From contig JAVCDE010000003.1 in assembly GCA_030765185.1 (NCBI GenBank), positions 128,038 to 192,037 of the forward strand: a stretch of 64,000 bases of DNA, written 5' to 3'. Source of the stretch: Candidatus Aceula meridiana. GTDB lineage: Bacteria > Omnitrophota > Gorgyraeia > Zapsychrales > Aceulaceae. The position numbers and the translations under genes are program-made. The notes beneath the pieces were generated by a model, which worked only from the letters and a program-made list of their open reading frames with translations, was not told where the DNA came from and did no database searches. Below, in pieces: positions 20,415 to 29,584 of this stretch (its first letter is position 1; the number at the start of each line of letters is the position of its first letter).

Positions 20415-20824
20415 ACAATATAAAAGTTTTTCGAGTTATTGATGCAAATTTTAATCGCACAAAAGAAGCGCTAAGGGTTTGTGAAGATGTTAGCCGTTTT
20501 GTTTTAGACAATAAGAAAGAGACGGCACAGTATCGTCGGCTTCGTCATGAAATCGAAGATTTACGTTCTTTGTTAGAAAAAAAGAAAAAAGGCCTTGCCC
20601 ATGCGCGTAATATCCAGATGGATGTCGGAAAAAAAGATGTCCCAGCTGAATTTAAGCGTTGCAATGTTTACGATATTTTTTATGCTAATTCTCAGCGCAT
20701 CAAAGAATCTTTGCGCGTCTTAGAAGAATTTTCAAAGCTTTTAAATACAAAGGCAGCTGGCCAGTGTAAGAGAATTCGTTATCAAATTTATGCTTTAGAG
20801 CAAAAGATAAGCGAACAACTGTAG
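20402..20824 (+). CDS. Stand-alone ThiD2-like domain (N-terminal domain of long ThiE proteins)
   Basis: RVIDANFNRTKEALRVCED and RIKESLRVLEEFSK duplicated motifs. Confidence 0.75.
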   Translation: MRSIDNIKVFRVIDANFNRTKEALRVCEDVSRFVLDNKKETAQYRRLRHEIEDLRSLLEKKKKGLAHARNIQMDVGKKDVPAEFKRCNVYDIFYANSQRIKESLRVLEEFSKLLNTKAAGQCKRIRYQIYALEQKISEQL

Positions 20825-20830
20825 ATGTAT

Positions 20831-20902
<72 letters not shown>

Positions 20903-20917
20903 TAAAGCGATAAAAGA

Positions 20918-21583
20918 ATGAAGATAAGAAAGCTTGGGTTTTTGGTAATTTTAACGGTTGTGTTTTTCTCAGGCTGTGCAACGGCGAGAACAGTTTCTTT
21001 CAAAGACTCCCCGGCAGCTTCTCGAGGAATTTATCATACGGTAAAATCCCGTGAAACTCTTTGGAGTATTGCCAAAGGGTATGGAGTTTCCGTTGAAGAG
21101 ATTGTGAAGGCCAATCATATTCCGAACGCTGCGCATATTGAAAGAGGACAGTTGATTCTTATCCCTGGAGCGACAACGACCGCTAAAATTGTTTCAAGCC
21201 AGGAGGCCTTTGAGGATGATGAATTTCAATGGCCCATCAAAGGAAAAGTAGTTTCTTACTTTGGCGATAAGAAAACATATTGGACAAATAACGGCATTGA
21301 TATTCGATCAAGCTTTGGCAAGGAAGTATATCCGGCGCGGGGCGGTGAAGTTGTTTTTGCAGATTTTTTAAGTGGTTATGGCTATGCCGTTATTGTTGAC
21401 CATGGAGACAGCTATGACACGGTTTATGCACAAAATTCTGAAATTTTAGTTTCGATTGGAGATTTTGTAACAAAAAAAGTCCCTGTTGCTAAAGTTGGGG
21501 GCGATGATTCATTAGCTTTTTTACATTTTGAAGTACGAAAGAATTCTATAGCGAGTAATCCTTTGTACTTTTTACCGCGATAA
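20918..21583 (+). CDS. LysM/M23 lipoprotein (NlpD-like)
   Basis: Lipobox FSGC, LysM (HTVKSRETLWSIA), M23 WPIKG..NNGIDI..LHFEVR; zinc ligands partly lost (NNGID, YAQN), as in catalytically inactive NlpD/EnvC. Confidence 0.88.
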   Translation: MKIRKLGFLVILTVVFFSGCATARTVSFKDSPAASRGIYHTVKSRETLWSIAKGYGVSVEEIVKANHIPNAAHIERGQLILIPGATTTAKIVSSQEAFEDDEFQWPIKGKVVSYFGDKKTYWTNNGIDIRSSFGKEVYPARGGEVVFADFLSGYGYAVIVDHGDSYDTVYAQNSEILVSIGDFVTKKVPVAKVGGDDSLAFLHFEVRKNSIASNPLYFLPR

Positions 21584-21593
21584 AACAAAATAT

Positions 21594-23231
21594 ATGAATT
21601 TTATGGAATCAGAAAAAAGTTTTTTTGGAAGGCAAGAGACTCTTAATCTCTTAAAACGACGCGTTCTAGATCTTAAAGAAGGATATCGACAGAACTTGGC
21701 TTTTCTAGGAACTCCTTATGCCGGGAAAAGCTTTTTGTTGCAAAAGTTTATCTCAGACTTAGATGATAAAGAGATTATTCCTGCTTATCTTGACCTTGAG
21801 CAAAAAGACTTTCGCTATTTATTTACAAATTTTGCTGGGAGTATTTTATATCACTTTGCGAAGGTGAACGATTTCCCTCTGCATAACGATATCAATGTTT
21901 TAAGTGAATCTATTAAGAAATATCTTCCGCAAACTGTTCGCGCAGTTTCCAGCATTCAAAAGTTGATTTCAAAAAAACGTTTTACTGAAGCCTATAGCCA
22001 ATTAATTTCTTTACCGGAAGTTTTTACGCTTGAATCTGGGAAGTTTTGCTTGATTGTTTTAGACGAATTTCATCTCTTGGAAGACTTTGATCTTCAAGAT
22101 GTTTTTCAAGAGCTCGGCAAGCGTATCATGACGCAAAAGCGTTGTTTGTATGTTGTTTCAAGCTCGGCGAAAGGGGAGGCGAAAAAGATTCTTTCGGAAA
22201 AACTTTTTCTTCTTTTTGGGCATTTTGAAATTGTCGAAGTCAATTCTTTTGATGCCAAGACCGCGCAGCAATTTATCGCGCAAAGACTTGGAAATATTCG
22301 TATTGGTGAAAACCTTAAAAGTTTTCTTTTTGATTTTACAGGGGGGCATCCTTTTTATCTGGATATTCTTGCTTCGAGAATTCGAAATTTAAGCCTCATG
22401 CACCGTCAAGATGTTGCCTTTTTACCGATTTTATCTCAGGCTGTTGAAGATACCATTTTTAACCGATGGGGCGTTTTAAGCCGCCATTTTGAAATTCTTA
22501 TTAATAGCCTATCTGCTGGGAAAAGCCCAAAAGAAATTTATTCTATTTTAGTCGCGCTCTCGAATAGCCAACATAAAATTGAAGATATCGTTGTTGCCTG
22601 TGACCTAAAGAAAAGTTTTATCAGGCAGAAGATATCGCGCTTAATAGAGCTTGGCATTGTCGAGAAGAGCGGAAATTTTTATTATTTGCAAGACAAGCTG
22701 CTTCGCTATTGGATTAAATATATTTTCCAGAAGCGGCTAAATAATATTGACTGTGATCCAAAGAAACAAAAAGTGGATTTTCGAAAAGAGTTTGCCGCAG
22801 CTGTTGAGATTTTTCAGATGGCATCGCAAAAGGAACTGTCATTGCGTATTATCGAACTTTTGCAGTGTTTTGGAAACGAATCCTTTAATTGCCAGGGGCG
22901 GCGTTATCGGTTACCTTCATTTCGCAAGATCAAGCCGATTAAGTTACGCAACGCGAATAATCAATCTTTTGATATTATCAAGGCTTCATCTGAAGATGGC
23001 CTGTGGTTCATTATTTTAAAACAAGACTCTCTTTCCGAAAAAGATGTTAATCTTTTTATGGATGAATCAAGGAAATTTAACCAAAAACCGCAAAAGTGCG
23101 TTGTGATTTCTTTAGACAGCTTAGAGGACAATGTACGTTTGCGGGCTCTTCAAGAGAAGATGTGGATATGGTCTGAAGGCGAACTTAATTTACTTCTTAA
23201 TATGTATGATAAACCCTACATTATTCAATGA
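21594..23231 (+). CDS. Archaeal-type (MJ/PH, STAND-like) P-loop ATPase with wHTH region
   Basis: FFGRQE, Walker A GTPYAGKS, Walker B LIVLDEFH, TGGHPFYL, wHTH-like ISRLIELGIVEK. Confidence 0.75.
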   Translation: MNFMESEKSFFGRQETLNLLKRRVLDLKEGYRQNLAFLGTPYAGKSFLLQKFISDLDDKEIIPAYLDLEQKDFRYLFTNFAGSILYHFAKVNDFPLHNDINVLSESIKKYLPQTVRAVSSIQKLISKKRFTEAYSQLISLPEVFTLESGKFCLIVLDEFHLLEDFDLQDVFQELGKRIMTQKRCLYVVSSSAKGEAKKILSEKLFLLFGHFEIVEVNSFDAKTAQQFIAQRLGNIRIGENLKSFLFDFTGGHPFYLDILASRIRNLSLMHRQDVAFLPILSQAVEDTIFNRWGVLSRHFEILINSLSAGKSPKEIYSILVALSNSQHKIEDIVVACDLKKSFIRQKISRLIELGIVEKSGNFYYLQDKLLRYWIKYIFQKRLNNIDCDPKKQKVDFRKEFAAAVEIFQMASQKELSLRIIELLQCFGNESFNCQGRRYRLPSFRKIKPIKLRNANNQSFDIIKASSEDGLWFIILKQDSLSEKDVNLFMDESRKFNQKPQKCVVISLDSLEDNVRLRALQEKMWIWSEGELNLLLNMYDKPYIIQ

Positions 23232-23707
23232 GAATAGGCGTCGTTTCTGATACACATTCAAAAATTTTACCAAAACAAATGCTTGAGGATTTTAAGAAAA
23301 CGGACTTAATCATTCATGCAGGTGATTTTTGTTCGATGGATGTTTTGGAAACACTCTGCAAGATTGCTGATGTCAAAGCTGTTTATGGCAATATGGATGG
23401 CAATGCACTGCGAACAGCATTATCGCGAAGTCAGGTTTTTGATTGCGAGGGCTTCCATTTAGGACTTTTTCATGGGGAAGGCGCACCAAAAGGTTTATTA
23501 GATGCAGTTAAGAATGAATTTTGTGGTAAAAAAGTTGACGTTATTATTTTTGGGCATTCGCACCACCCGATGAACGAAAAAATAGACGGAGTGCTTTTTT
23601 TTAACCCGGGAAGCGCTACGGATATAATTTTTGCACCGTATCAATCTTACGGCATTCTAAACATCAAAGACAAAACCATTGAAGGGGAGATTGTAAAAAT
23701 CCAATGA
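23228..23707 (+). CDS. Metallophosphoesterase, YfcE/MJ0936 family
   Basis: SDTH, HAGD, GNMD, HG, FGHSH, NPGS. Confidence 0.92.
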   Translation: MRIGVVSDTHSKILPKQMLEDFKKTDLIIHAGDFCSMDVLETLCKIADVKAVYGNMDGNALRTALSRSQVFDCEGFHLGLFHGEGAPKGLLDAVKNEFCGKKVDVIIFGHSHHPMNEKIDGVLFFNPGSATDIIFAPYQSYGILNIKDKTIEGEIVKIQ

Positions 23708-24201
23708 CCTCAAAAAGATTATGGGCTCCCTGGCGAGCACCGTATGTGACTTCAATTCATAAAAAAACAACCGGATGCGTTTTTTGCAAAATTATTAAAA
23801 GCCGCAAAGATAAAAAGAATTACATTTTTAAGCGGACAAAACATTGTTTTGCGGTCTTAAATATTTTTCCTTATAACAACGGCCATGTTTTAGTTATTCC
23901 CAATCGTCATGTGTCTGATCTTAAGAATTTGCGCAAAGAAGAAAAAGAAGATTTGTTTCAACTTTTAGAAGACGCGAAAGATTTGCTAGGTATCGTTTTA
24001 AAGCCAGAAGGGTACAATATTGGTATTAATATCGGACGTGTCGCTGGAGCCGGATTCCCGGGACATTTTCATATCCACATTGTTCCTCGATGGAAAGGGG
24101 ATGTTAACTTTATGCCAGTGACAACGAATGCCAAAGTCATTTCACAATCCATGGTTGTATTACATGAGAAATTAGTTAATGCGAACAAGACAAGAAATTG
24201 A
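23704..24201 (+). CDS. HIT-family hydrolase (Ap4A phosphorylase-like)
   Basis: LWAPWR, CVFC, PYNNGH, HFHIHIVPRW. Confidence 0.92.
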   Translation: MTSKRLWAPWRAPYVTSIHKKTTGCVFCKIIKSRKDKKNYIFKRTKHCFAVLNIFPYNNGHVLVIPNRHVSDLKNLRKEEKEDLFQLLEDAKDLLGIVLKPEGYNIGINIGRVAGAGFPGHFHIHIVPRWKGDVNFMPVTTNAKVISQSMVVLHEKLVNANKTRN

Positions 24202-25375
24202 AGACCTCGAAGATAAAATCCTCGCCCCTTATGGAATGCGTAGCAAGGACTCTTTAGGGCGAGTTCACAAAGAGCCTCTTCACGAGACGCGTACTTGCTA
24301 TCAGCGTGACCGAGACCGTATTGTTCATCTGCGTGCCTTTCGTAATCTCGAGTATAAAACCCAAGTTTTTCCTATCTTTGAGGGAGATTATTATCGCACC
24401 CGGCTAACCCACACCTTAGAAGTCGCTCAAATTGCCCGCACGATCGGACGCAACCTGATGCTCAATGAGGATTTAATTGAGGCTATTGCCTTGGCTCATG
24501 ATTTGGGTCATCCTCCGTTTGGACATGCGGGTGAGGCTGCCTTAAATGATATTATGACAGGTGGCAGGGTAGGTGGCAGGGCGGGTGGATTTTTAGGAAT
24601 GCGGGCTGGAAAGAATAAATCACGTGGATTCAATCACAATAAACGCAGTTATGAAATTGTTGTCCGCGAGAAACGCTACCCAAGCTTTGAGGGATTAAAT
24701 TTAACGTGTGAAGTTTTAATTGGAATTCTAAAGCATAAAACCACTTATGATATTCCATCAAGCGGAGAGAGCTTTTTGCAAGAAAACCCAACGTTAGAGG
24801 CACAAGTTGTTAATGTTGCTGACGAGTTGACATATTTAAATCATGACATTGACGATGGACTAACTTCTCGATATTTGAGCAAGGAAGATTTAAGTGAAAG
24901 TATTTTGTGGTCACGGACGCTCGAGAGAATTGAGCGGGCTGGAAAATCTCTTAGCGAAGATATTGAGCGCAATCAAATTGTTAAAAGTCTTATTGATATT
25001 CAAGTTAGAGATCTTCTCAAGACTTCTGACGAGAAGTTGAAAGAGTATAATTTTTCTTTTTCGGCTGATGTCAAAAAATGCCAGGACCAAGTTATCCGCT
25101 TTAGTGAGAAGATGTATGCTGAGCGCAACGAATTGCAGAAGCTATTAAACAAAAAACTTTATCATCACTATCTCGTTGAACGCATGACCATTAAGGCCAA
25201 GCTTGTTATTGAAAAGCTTTTTGAAGTTTACAGCAGCAATCCTCAGCAGCTTCCGTATGAGATTTATGACCGTGATAAAAAGTATACGAAAGATGAGGAA
25301 AAAGAAATTATTTGTAATTTTATCGCCGACATGACAGACCGGGCGGCGTTAAAAGAATATAAAAAAGTTTCTTAA
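24179..25375 (+). CDS. dgt: dGTP triphosphohydrolase (HD family)
   Basis: QRDRDRIVH, KTQVF, RTRLTHTLEV, AHDLGHPPFGHAGE, YLNHDIDD, ADMTD. Confidence 0.9.
   Translation: MRTRQEIEDLEDKILAPYGMRSKDSLGRVHKEPLHETRTCYQRDRDRIVHLRAFRNLEYKTQVFPIFEGDYYRTRLTHTLEVAQIARTIGRNLMLNEDLIEAIALAHDLGHPPFGHAGEAALNDIMTGGRVGGRAGGFLGMRAGKNKSRGFNHNKRSYEIVVREKRYPSFEGLNLTCEVLIGILKHKTTYDIPSSGESFLQENPTLEAQVVNVADELTYLNHDIDDGLTSRYLSKEDLSESILWSRTLERIERAGKSLSEDIERNQIVKSLIDIQVRDLLKTSDEKLKEYNFSFSADVKKCQDQVIRFSEKMYAERNELQKLLNKKLYHHYLVERMTIKAKLVIEKLFEVYSSNPQQLPYEIYDRDKKYTKDEEKEIICNFIADMTDRAALKEYKKVS
24559..24588 (+). repeat. In-frame 12-bp G-rich tandem repeat (2.5 copies) inside dgt
   Basis: AGGTGGCAGGGT AGGTGGCAGGGC GGGTGG, encoding GGRVGGRAGG. 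Confidence 0.8.
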
Positions 25376-25381
25376 AAAATT

Positions 25382-26464
25382 ATGCCTAAAATACAAAGTT
25401 CTTACACATTTTCTTCTCAAGAAAAATACAAGCGTGTTATCGCCGCTGTTCACATGGTTTACCGTTTGGTCAATTCGACGTATAACACCCGTGAGCTTTT
25501 GATTCGGTTGACGCGCATCATTTGTCAACTTGTTGGGGCAAGTTCGTCCTATGTTCATATTCTAGAAGAAAACACAAGACGATTAAAGCTTATTGCTGTT
25601 TTTAACGGCAAGGTCAATATTCTTTTAAGTAAAAAATGTGACTTAAAGAAAGTTTCTAAAGTTGAGCTTGATGTTTCTCATGGTGGCACAATTGTCCTTA
25701 ATCATTTAGTAGGGCTTCCTTTGGTTAGCGATGAGAATATCGGTGCCATTTTTATGAAAAGAAAAAAGAACGAAGCGGTTTTTGAAGATTTTGATCGAGA
25801 AGTTTTAGCTGTTGTCGCCGAGCAAATTGTTACGGCGGTTAAGAATATTCAGCTATACGAGCAGCAGCAAAAAGTTATTTTAGATAGTATTCGTTCAATG
25901 GGAAAATTTTTCGAGCAGCATCGTTCTATGGATTTCTTTTCTCACGCGCCAATTTATTATAAAATCGTAACATCTTTAGCGGAGTCTTTACATATGACAG
26001 ATAAAGATATCGAGACTCTACAGTATGCCTGTGTTTTGCATGACACAGGGTCTGTTGATGTTCCTTATCAGATTTTAGCCAAAAAAAGTCGTTTGTCTGC
26101 AGAAGAATTTCGCACTATCAGAAACCATCCGCAAAAAAGCGTTGATATGATAAAGCCGGTTGCATTCTTAAAACCTGTTTTGCCGGTTGTGCTGTATCAC
26201 CATGAGCGTTATGATGGCAATGGTTATCCATCTGGATTGAAGGGGGAGGAAATTCCTTTTGGAGCTCGGGTGATGGCAGTTGCTGATGCTTTTGCGGCCA
26301 TGGTTTCTGATCGCCCTTATAAAAAAGGCCTTTCTTGTAATGAAGCACTTGGAGAGCTAAAAAAAGAAAGCGGGATCCAGTTTGATCCTAAGGTGGTTAA
26401 CGCCTTTTGCAAACTCGCTAAGAAAATAAAATTTAGAAAATACTTGAGTTTAATGGCTAAATAA
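25382..26464 (+). CDS. GAF plus HD-GYP domain protein (c-di-GMP phosphodiesterase family)
   Basis: LHDTG, HHERYDGNGYPSGLKGEEIP, VADAF.AM.SDRPY, QFDP; GAF-like N-terminus. Confidence 0.88.
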   Translation: MPKIQSSYTFSSQEKYKRVIAAVHMVYRLVNSTYNTRELLIRLTRIICQLVGASSSYVHILEENTRRLKLIAVFNGKVNILLSKKCDLKKVSKVELDVSHGGTIVLNHLVGLPLVSDENIGAIFMKRKKNEAVFEDFDREVLAVVAEQIVTAVKNIQLYEQQQKVILDSIRSMGKFFEQHRSMDFFSHAPIYYKIVTSLAESLHMTDKDIETLQYACVLHDTGSVDVPYQILAKKSRLSAEEFRTIRNHPQKSVDMIKPVAFLKPVLPVVLYHHERYDGNGYPSGLKGEEIPFGARVMAVADAFAAMVSDRPYKKGLSCNEALGELKKESGIQFDPKVVNAFCKLAKKIKFRKYLSLMAK

Positions 26465-26473
26465 CTCTATAAT
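26444..26473 (+). promoter_or_regulatory. Sigma70-type promoter, leaderless geometry
   Basis: TTGAGT-18bp-TATAAT; ATG 6 nt downstream; no SD. Confidence 0.55.
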
Positions 26474-26479
26474 ATATTT

Positions 26480-27055
26480 ATGAATATTAATTTTAAACAA
26501 TCCCAATTTGAACTTTTTCCACATTCACCTGCTGATGCTCCGGACCCGCATAAGTCCAAGTTTTTATTCTCCAGCATCACTTTGAGTTTCGAAAATATAA
26601 TTATCTTGACTGTTTGTCTTTTTATGGTTATTATTCTATCTTTCTCGATAGGGGTTGAGCGCGGAAAAATTGCAGCTTTGCCCTCTGGGGATGAGCCGAT
26701 AAAGCAGCAAGCAGCTCTTGAGCAGGAATCCAGGACAATGCCATCGCAGACAATTATTCCTGAAGAGCCAAAAGTGAGCGTTGTCGCTCAAGCATCTGTT
26801 GAGCCAGCTTCGGAAAATGTTTCAGAGAAGCCCCTTCAAGATTATTTTACAGTTCAGGTTGCTTCTTTTAAAACAAACAAATATGCTGAAAAAGAAGCAC
26901 AAAGCTTGAAACAAAAAGGGTATGAAAGTTTCGTTATCCCTAAGGGTAAGTATATCATTGTTTGCGCAGGTAAGTTTTTAACGAACCTCGACGCTAAGGG
27001 ATTTATAACGGAATTAAAATACAAGTATAAAGATTGTCTAGTTAGGAGATTATAA
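26480..27055 (+). CDS. SPOR-domain membrane protein
   Basis: One TM helix, linker, C-terminal FTVQVASF..AEKEAQSLKQKGY SPOR domain. Confidence 0.85.
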   Translation: MNINFKQSQFELFPHSPADAPDPHKSKFLFSSITLSFENIIILTVCLFMVIILSFSIGVERGKIAALPSGDEPIKQQAALEQESRTMPSQTIIPEEPKVSVVAQASVEPASENVSEKPLQDYFTVQVASFKTNKYAEKEAQSLKQKGYESFVIPKGKYIIVCAGKFLTNLDAKGFITELKYKYKDCLVRRL

Positions 27056-27057
27056 TT

Positions 27058-27303
27058 ATGTCTATCCATCCATCGCTTAAAGTTGATTCTGCCTCATCAC
27101 AGCAGAAAAGCGTCCTTTCACGCATTCAGCGTATAAAAGACCTTATGAAAAAAGGAAAGTGGTCTGATGGCCGTGCTGTCACTGCCTTGCCGAAAACAAA
27201 GGTCATCAAGATTAAAGCCAAGAAGGTTAAGGAAAAACCTGCTGAAGGTGAAGTTAAGGCAGCAGGCACAGAAGCCGCTGCTCCAGAAAAAAAGAAAGCA
27301 TAA
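27058..27303 (+). CDS. Small basic protein resembling the PVC superphylum signature protein
   Basis: MSIHPSLK...VLSRIQRI..L...GKW......ALPK pattern with Lys/Ala tail. Confidence 0.75.
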   Translation: MSIHPSLKVDSASSQQKSVLSRIQRIKDLMKKGKWSDGRAVTALPKTKVIKIKAKKVKEKPAEGEVKAAGTEAAAPEKKKA

Positions 27304-27356
27304 GCTAGGCTTTAAAATCCTTCATATCTTTAAAACGATAACCCAACAATAAGGCA

Positions 27357-27968
27357 ATGCCTGTATATCTTTTTCTAAAAATTGCCCTAATCTTTTTTCC
27401 TTCTGTTATCTGCCATGAGTATGCTCATGGGTGGGTTGCTTATCGCTTGGGAGACCCTACAGCGAAAAATCAAGGCCGCCTTACGTTAAATCCTTTCAAA
27501 CACGTTGACCCTATCGGAACAATTGCGTTTCCAATGATGCTTTTTTTCTTACGTTCGCCGTTTATTTTTGGATGGGCTAAGCCTGTTCCGGTTAATTTCG
27601 CAAGGCTTAAAAATCCTAAACGGGATATGATTCTTGTTGGTGCCGCCGGTCCTGCAACCAATTTGTTTCTTGCCGTCTTTTTGAGTCGTTTTCTTGTGTT
27701 TTCGCTTTCTGAGGGTAGTCTTTATGTTTTGCAAATGGGAGTCATTATTAACCTTGCCTTAGCTTTCTTTAATTTAATTCCTATTCCACCTTTAGATGGC
27801 TCGCGCATTGTCATGGGGATTTTGCCACATCGTGCGGCCTACACGTATGCAAAGCTTGAGAAGTATGGAATTATTATTGTTTTTCTGTTATTATATCTTG
27901 GCCTTTTAAAGCATACGATATGGCCTTTAGTTGCGATTGTCGCATCTTTTTTAGGAGTTCAATTATGA
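27357..27968 (+). CDS. Site-2 protease family (M50) membrane peptidase
   Basis: HEYAH, GDPTA, AGPATN, FNLIPIPPLDG. Confidence 0.93.
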   Translation: MPVYLFLKIALIFFPSVICHEYAHGWVAYRLGDPTAKNQGRLTLNPFKHVDPIGTIAFPMMLFFLRSPFIFGWAKPVPVNFARLKNPKRDMILVGAAGPATNLFLAVFLSRFLVFSLSEGSLYVLQMGVIINLALAFFNLIPIPPLDGSRIVMGILPHRAAYTYAKLEKYGIIIVFLLLYLGLLKHTIWPLVAIVASFLGVQL

Positions 27969-29053
27969 AGAAAATTCGTGTTAACTTAAAAGAGAATAGT
28001 TACGATATTGTTGTCGGGCATAATATTCTATCCGGACTCGGAGCCCAAATACGTGCTCTTGACATTGGCGATGATGCTATTGTTATAACTAATAGCGTTA
28101 TTCGCAAACTTCATGGAAAAGCTTTGAGCAAAAGTTTGGCTAAAAAAAGAATTAGTGTTAAGTTTCTCGAAGTTCCTGATAGCGAACGTAGTAAATCTGC
28201 AACAGTCGCTTTTCGTTTAATTCAGCAGATTGCTAAGATGGATGTAAAGAAGAAGATGTTTATTATTGCTTTTGGCGGAGGGGTTATCGGAGATTTGGCT
28301 GGTTTTATTGCTGCTGTTTACAAACGAGGTATTCCTTTTGTCCAGGTCCCTACGACATTTCTAGCTCAAATTGATTCGGCTATCGGAGGTAAGGTTGCCA
28401 TAGATCTTGCCTTAGGAAAGAATCTTGTTGGAGCTTTTTATCAACCAAAGATTGTTTTTTCTGATGTAGCTCTTTTAAAGACATTAAGCAATCGTCAGGT
28501 CCGAAACGGTTTAGCTGAGGCTATTAAATACGGAGTCATTAAGGATAAAAAACTTTTTAGCTACATTGAAAAGAATTCAGACAAGCTTTTATCTGTAGAT
28601 TTAAAAACAACGACTTCAGTTGTTTTAGAATGCAGCCGCATCAAAGCCAAAGTCGTTTCTGCGGATGAAAAAGAGCGCAAGGGAATCCGCACTATTTTAA
28701 ATTTTGGCCATACAGCTGGACACGCGATTGAATCAGCTTGTGCTTATAATCGTTACCAGCACGGAGAGGCTATCGGTATCGGCATGCGCATAGCAGGTGC
28801 TATTGCATGTCAAAGGAAGATGCTGTGCTCAAAAGAACTTCAGAAGTTGGAAGATTTGTTGGACAAAGTTGGCCTGCCTGCTAAAGCCAAAGGTATTAAG
28901 CTTTCTCCTGTGATGAGAGCTGTTTCACACGATAAGAAGATTATCGCTAAAAAGAATCGTTTAGTGCTACCACAAGGGATTGGTCGTGTCAGGGTGGTGG
29001 AAGGTGTACCGACCAGCGTTATTAAGCAGATGGTTACCCGCTATATGGCGTAA
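27965..29053 (+). CDS. aroB: 3-dehydroquinate synthase
   Basis: GGGVIGDLAGF, PTTFLAQIDSAIGGK, LNFGHT, HGEAI; ATGA overlap puts the start at 27965. Confidence 0.96.
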   Translation: MKKIRVNLKENSYDIVVGHNILSGLGAQIRALDIGDDAIVITNSVIRKLHGKALSKSLAKKRISVKFLEVPDSERSKSATVAFRLIQQIAKMDVKKKMFIIAFGGGVIGDLAGFIAAVYKRGIPFVQVPTTFLAQIDSAIGGKVAIDLALGKNLVGAFYQPKIVFSDVALLKTLSNRQVRNGLAEAIKYGVIKDKKLFSYIEKNSDKLLSVDLKTTTSVVLECSRIKAKVVSADEKERKGIRTILNFGHTAGHAIESACAYNRYQHGEAIGIGMRIAGAIACQRKMLCSKELQKLEDLLDKVGLPAKAKGIKLSPVMRAVSHDKKIIAKKNRLVLPQGIGRVRVVEGVPTSVIKQMVTRYMA

Positions 29054-29062
29054 GAATATTTC

Positions 29063-29584
29063 CTAGGGTTTTAAATCTAGAATAAAGATTTTTCCATCCC
29101 CGAACAACTTCACCTGATTGTTTAAAATTCTTAAAACTTTTTTTCCTTTAATTTCATCGCCTTCTTTAACAATCTTACCGCTAATCAATGCAGTTTGCTC
29201 ACCTGAAATGATAGCAATGCCGGTAAGTTTTATGCCTCGAAGACTCGGGTCAGATGAAGAAGACGATGCCCGCACTGTTTCTATCGAAGAAATAGCGCTT
29301 TGATCGGAAAGGGAAAATTTTTCTGTTAAGGCTTTTTGATCAATAGGATCTTTAGGCCACAATAAAATGGAAAGGACAATCAGGCAACCGACAAAACCTC
29401 CTGCAACTATAATCGTTGTGATGAGAACCATGGTGTCTTTTGTTTTGCCTTCAGGCGAGAGTCCGGGTTTTTGAATTCTAGGAGGTTGAGAGATTCCGGG
29501 GTTTTGAGCTCTAGGGGTTTGGTTTTTTTTCTGTGCTTGATAGACATTTTGTGTCTTTTTTAAAGCGTCATTGATAATGCTCAT
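29063..29584 (-). CDS. GspB/ExeB-like single-TM protein
   Basis: MSIINDALKK N-terminus typical of GspB-like proteins, one TM, C-terminal LTGI...ALISGKIVKEGD domain; follows ExeA-like ATPase. Confidence 0.65.
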   Translation of the reverse strand: MSIINDALKKTQNVYQAQKKNQTPRAQNPGISQPPRIQKPGLSPEGKTKDTMVLITTIIVAGGFVGCLIVLSILLWPKDPIDQKALTEKFSLSDQSAISSIETVRASSSSSDPSLRGIKLTGIAIISGEQTALISGKIVKEGDEIKGKKVLRILNNQVKLFGDGKIFILDLKP

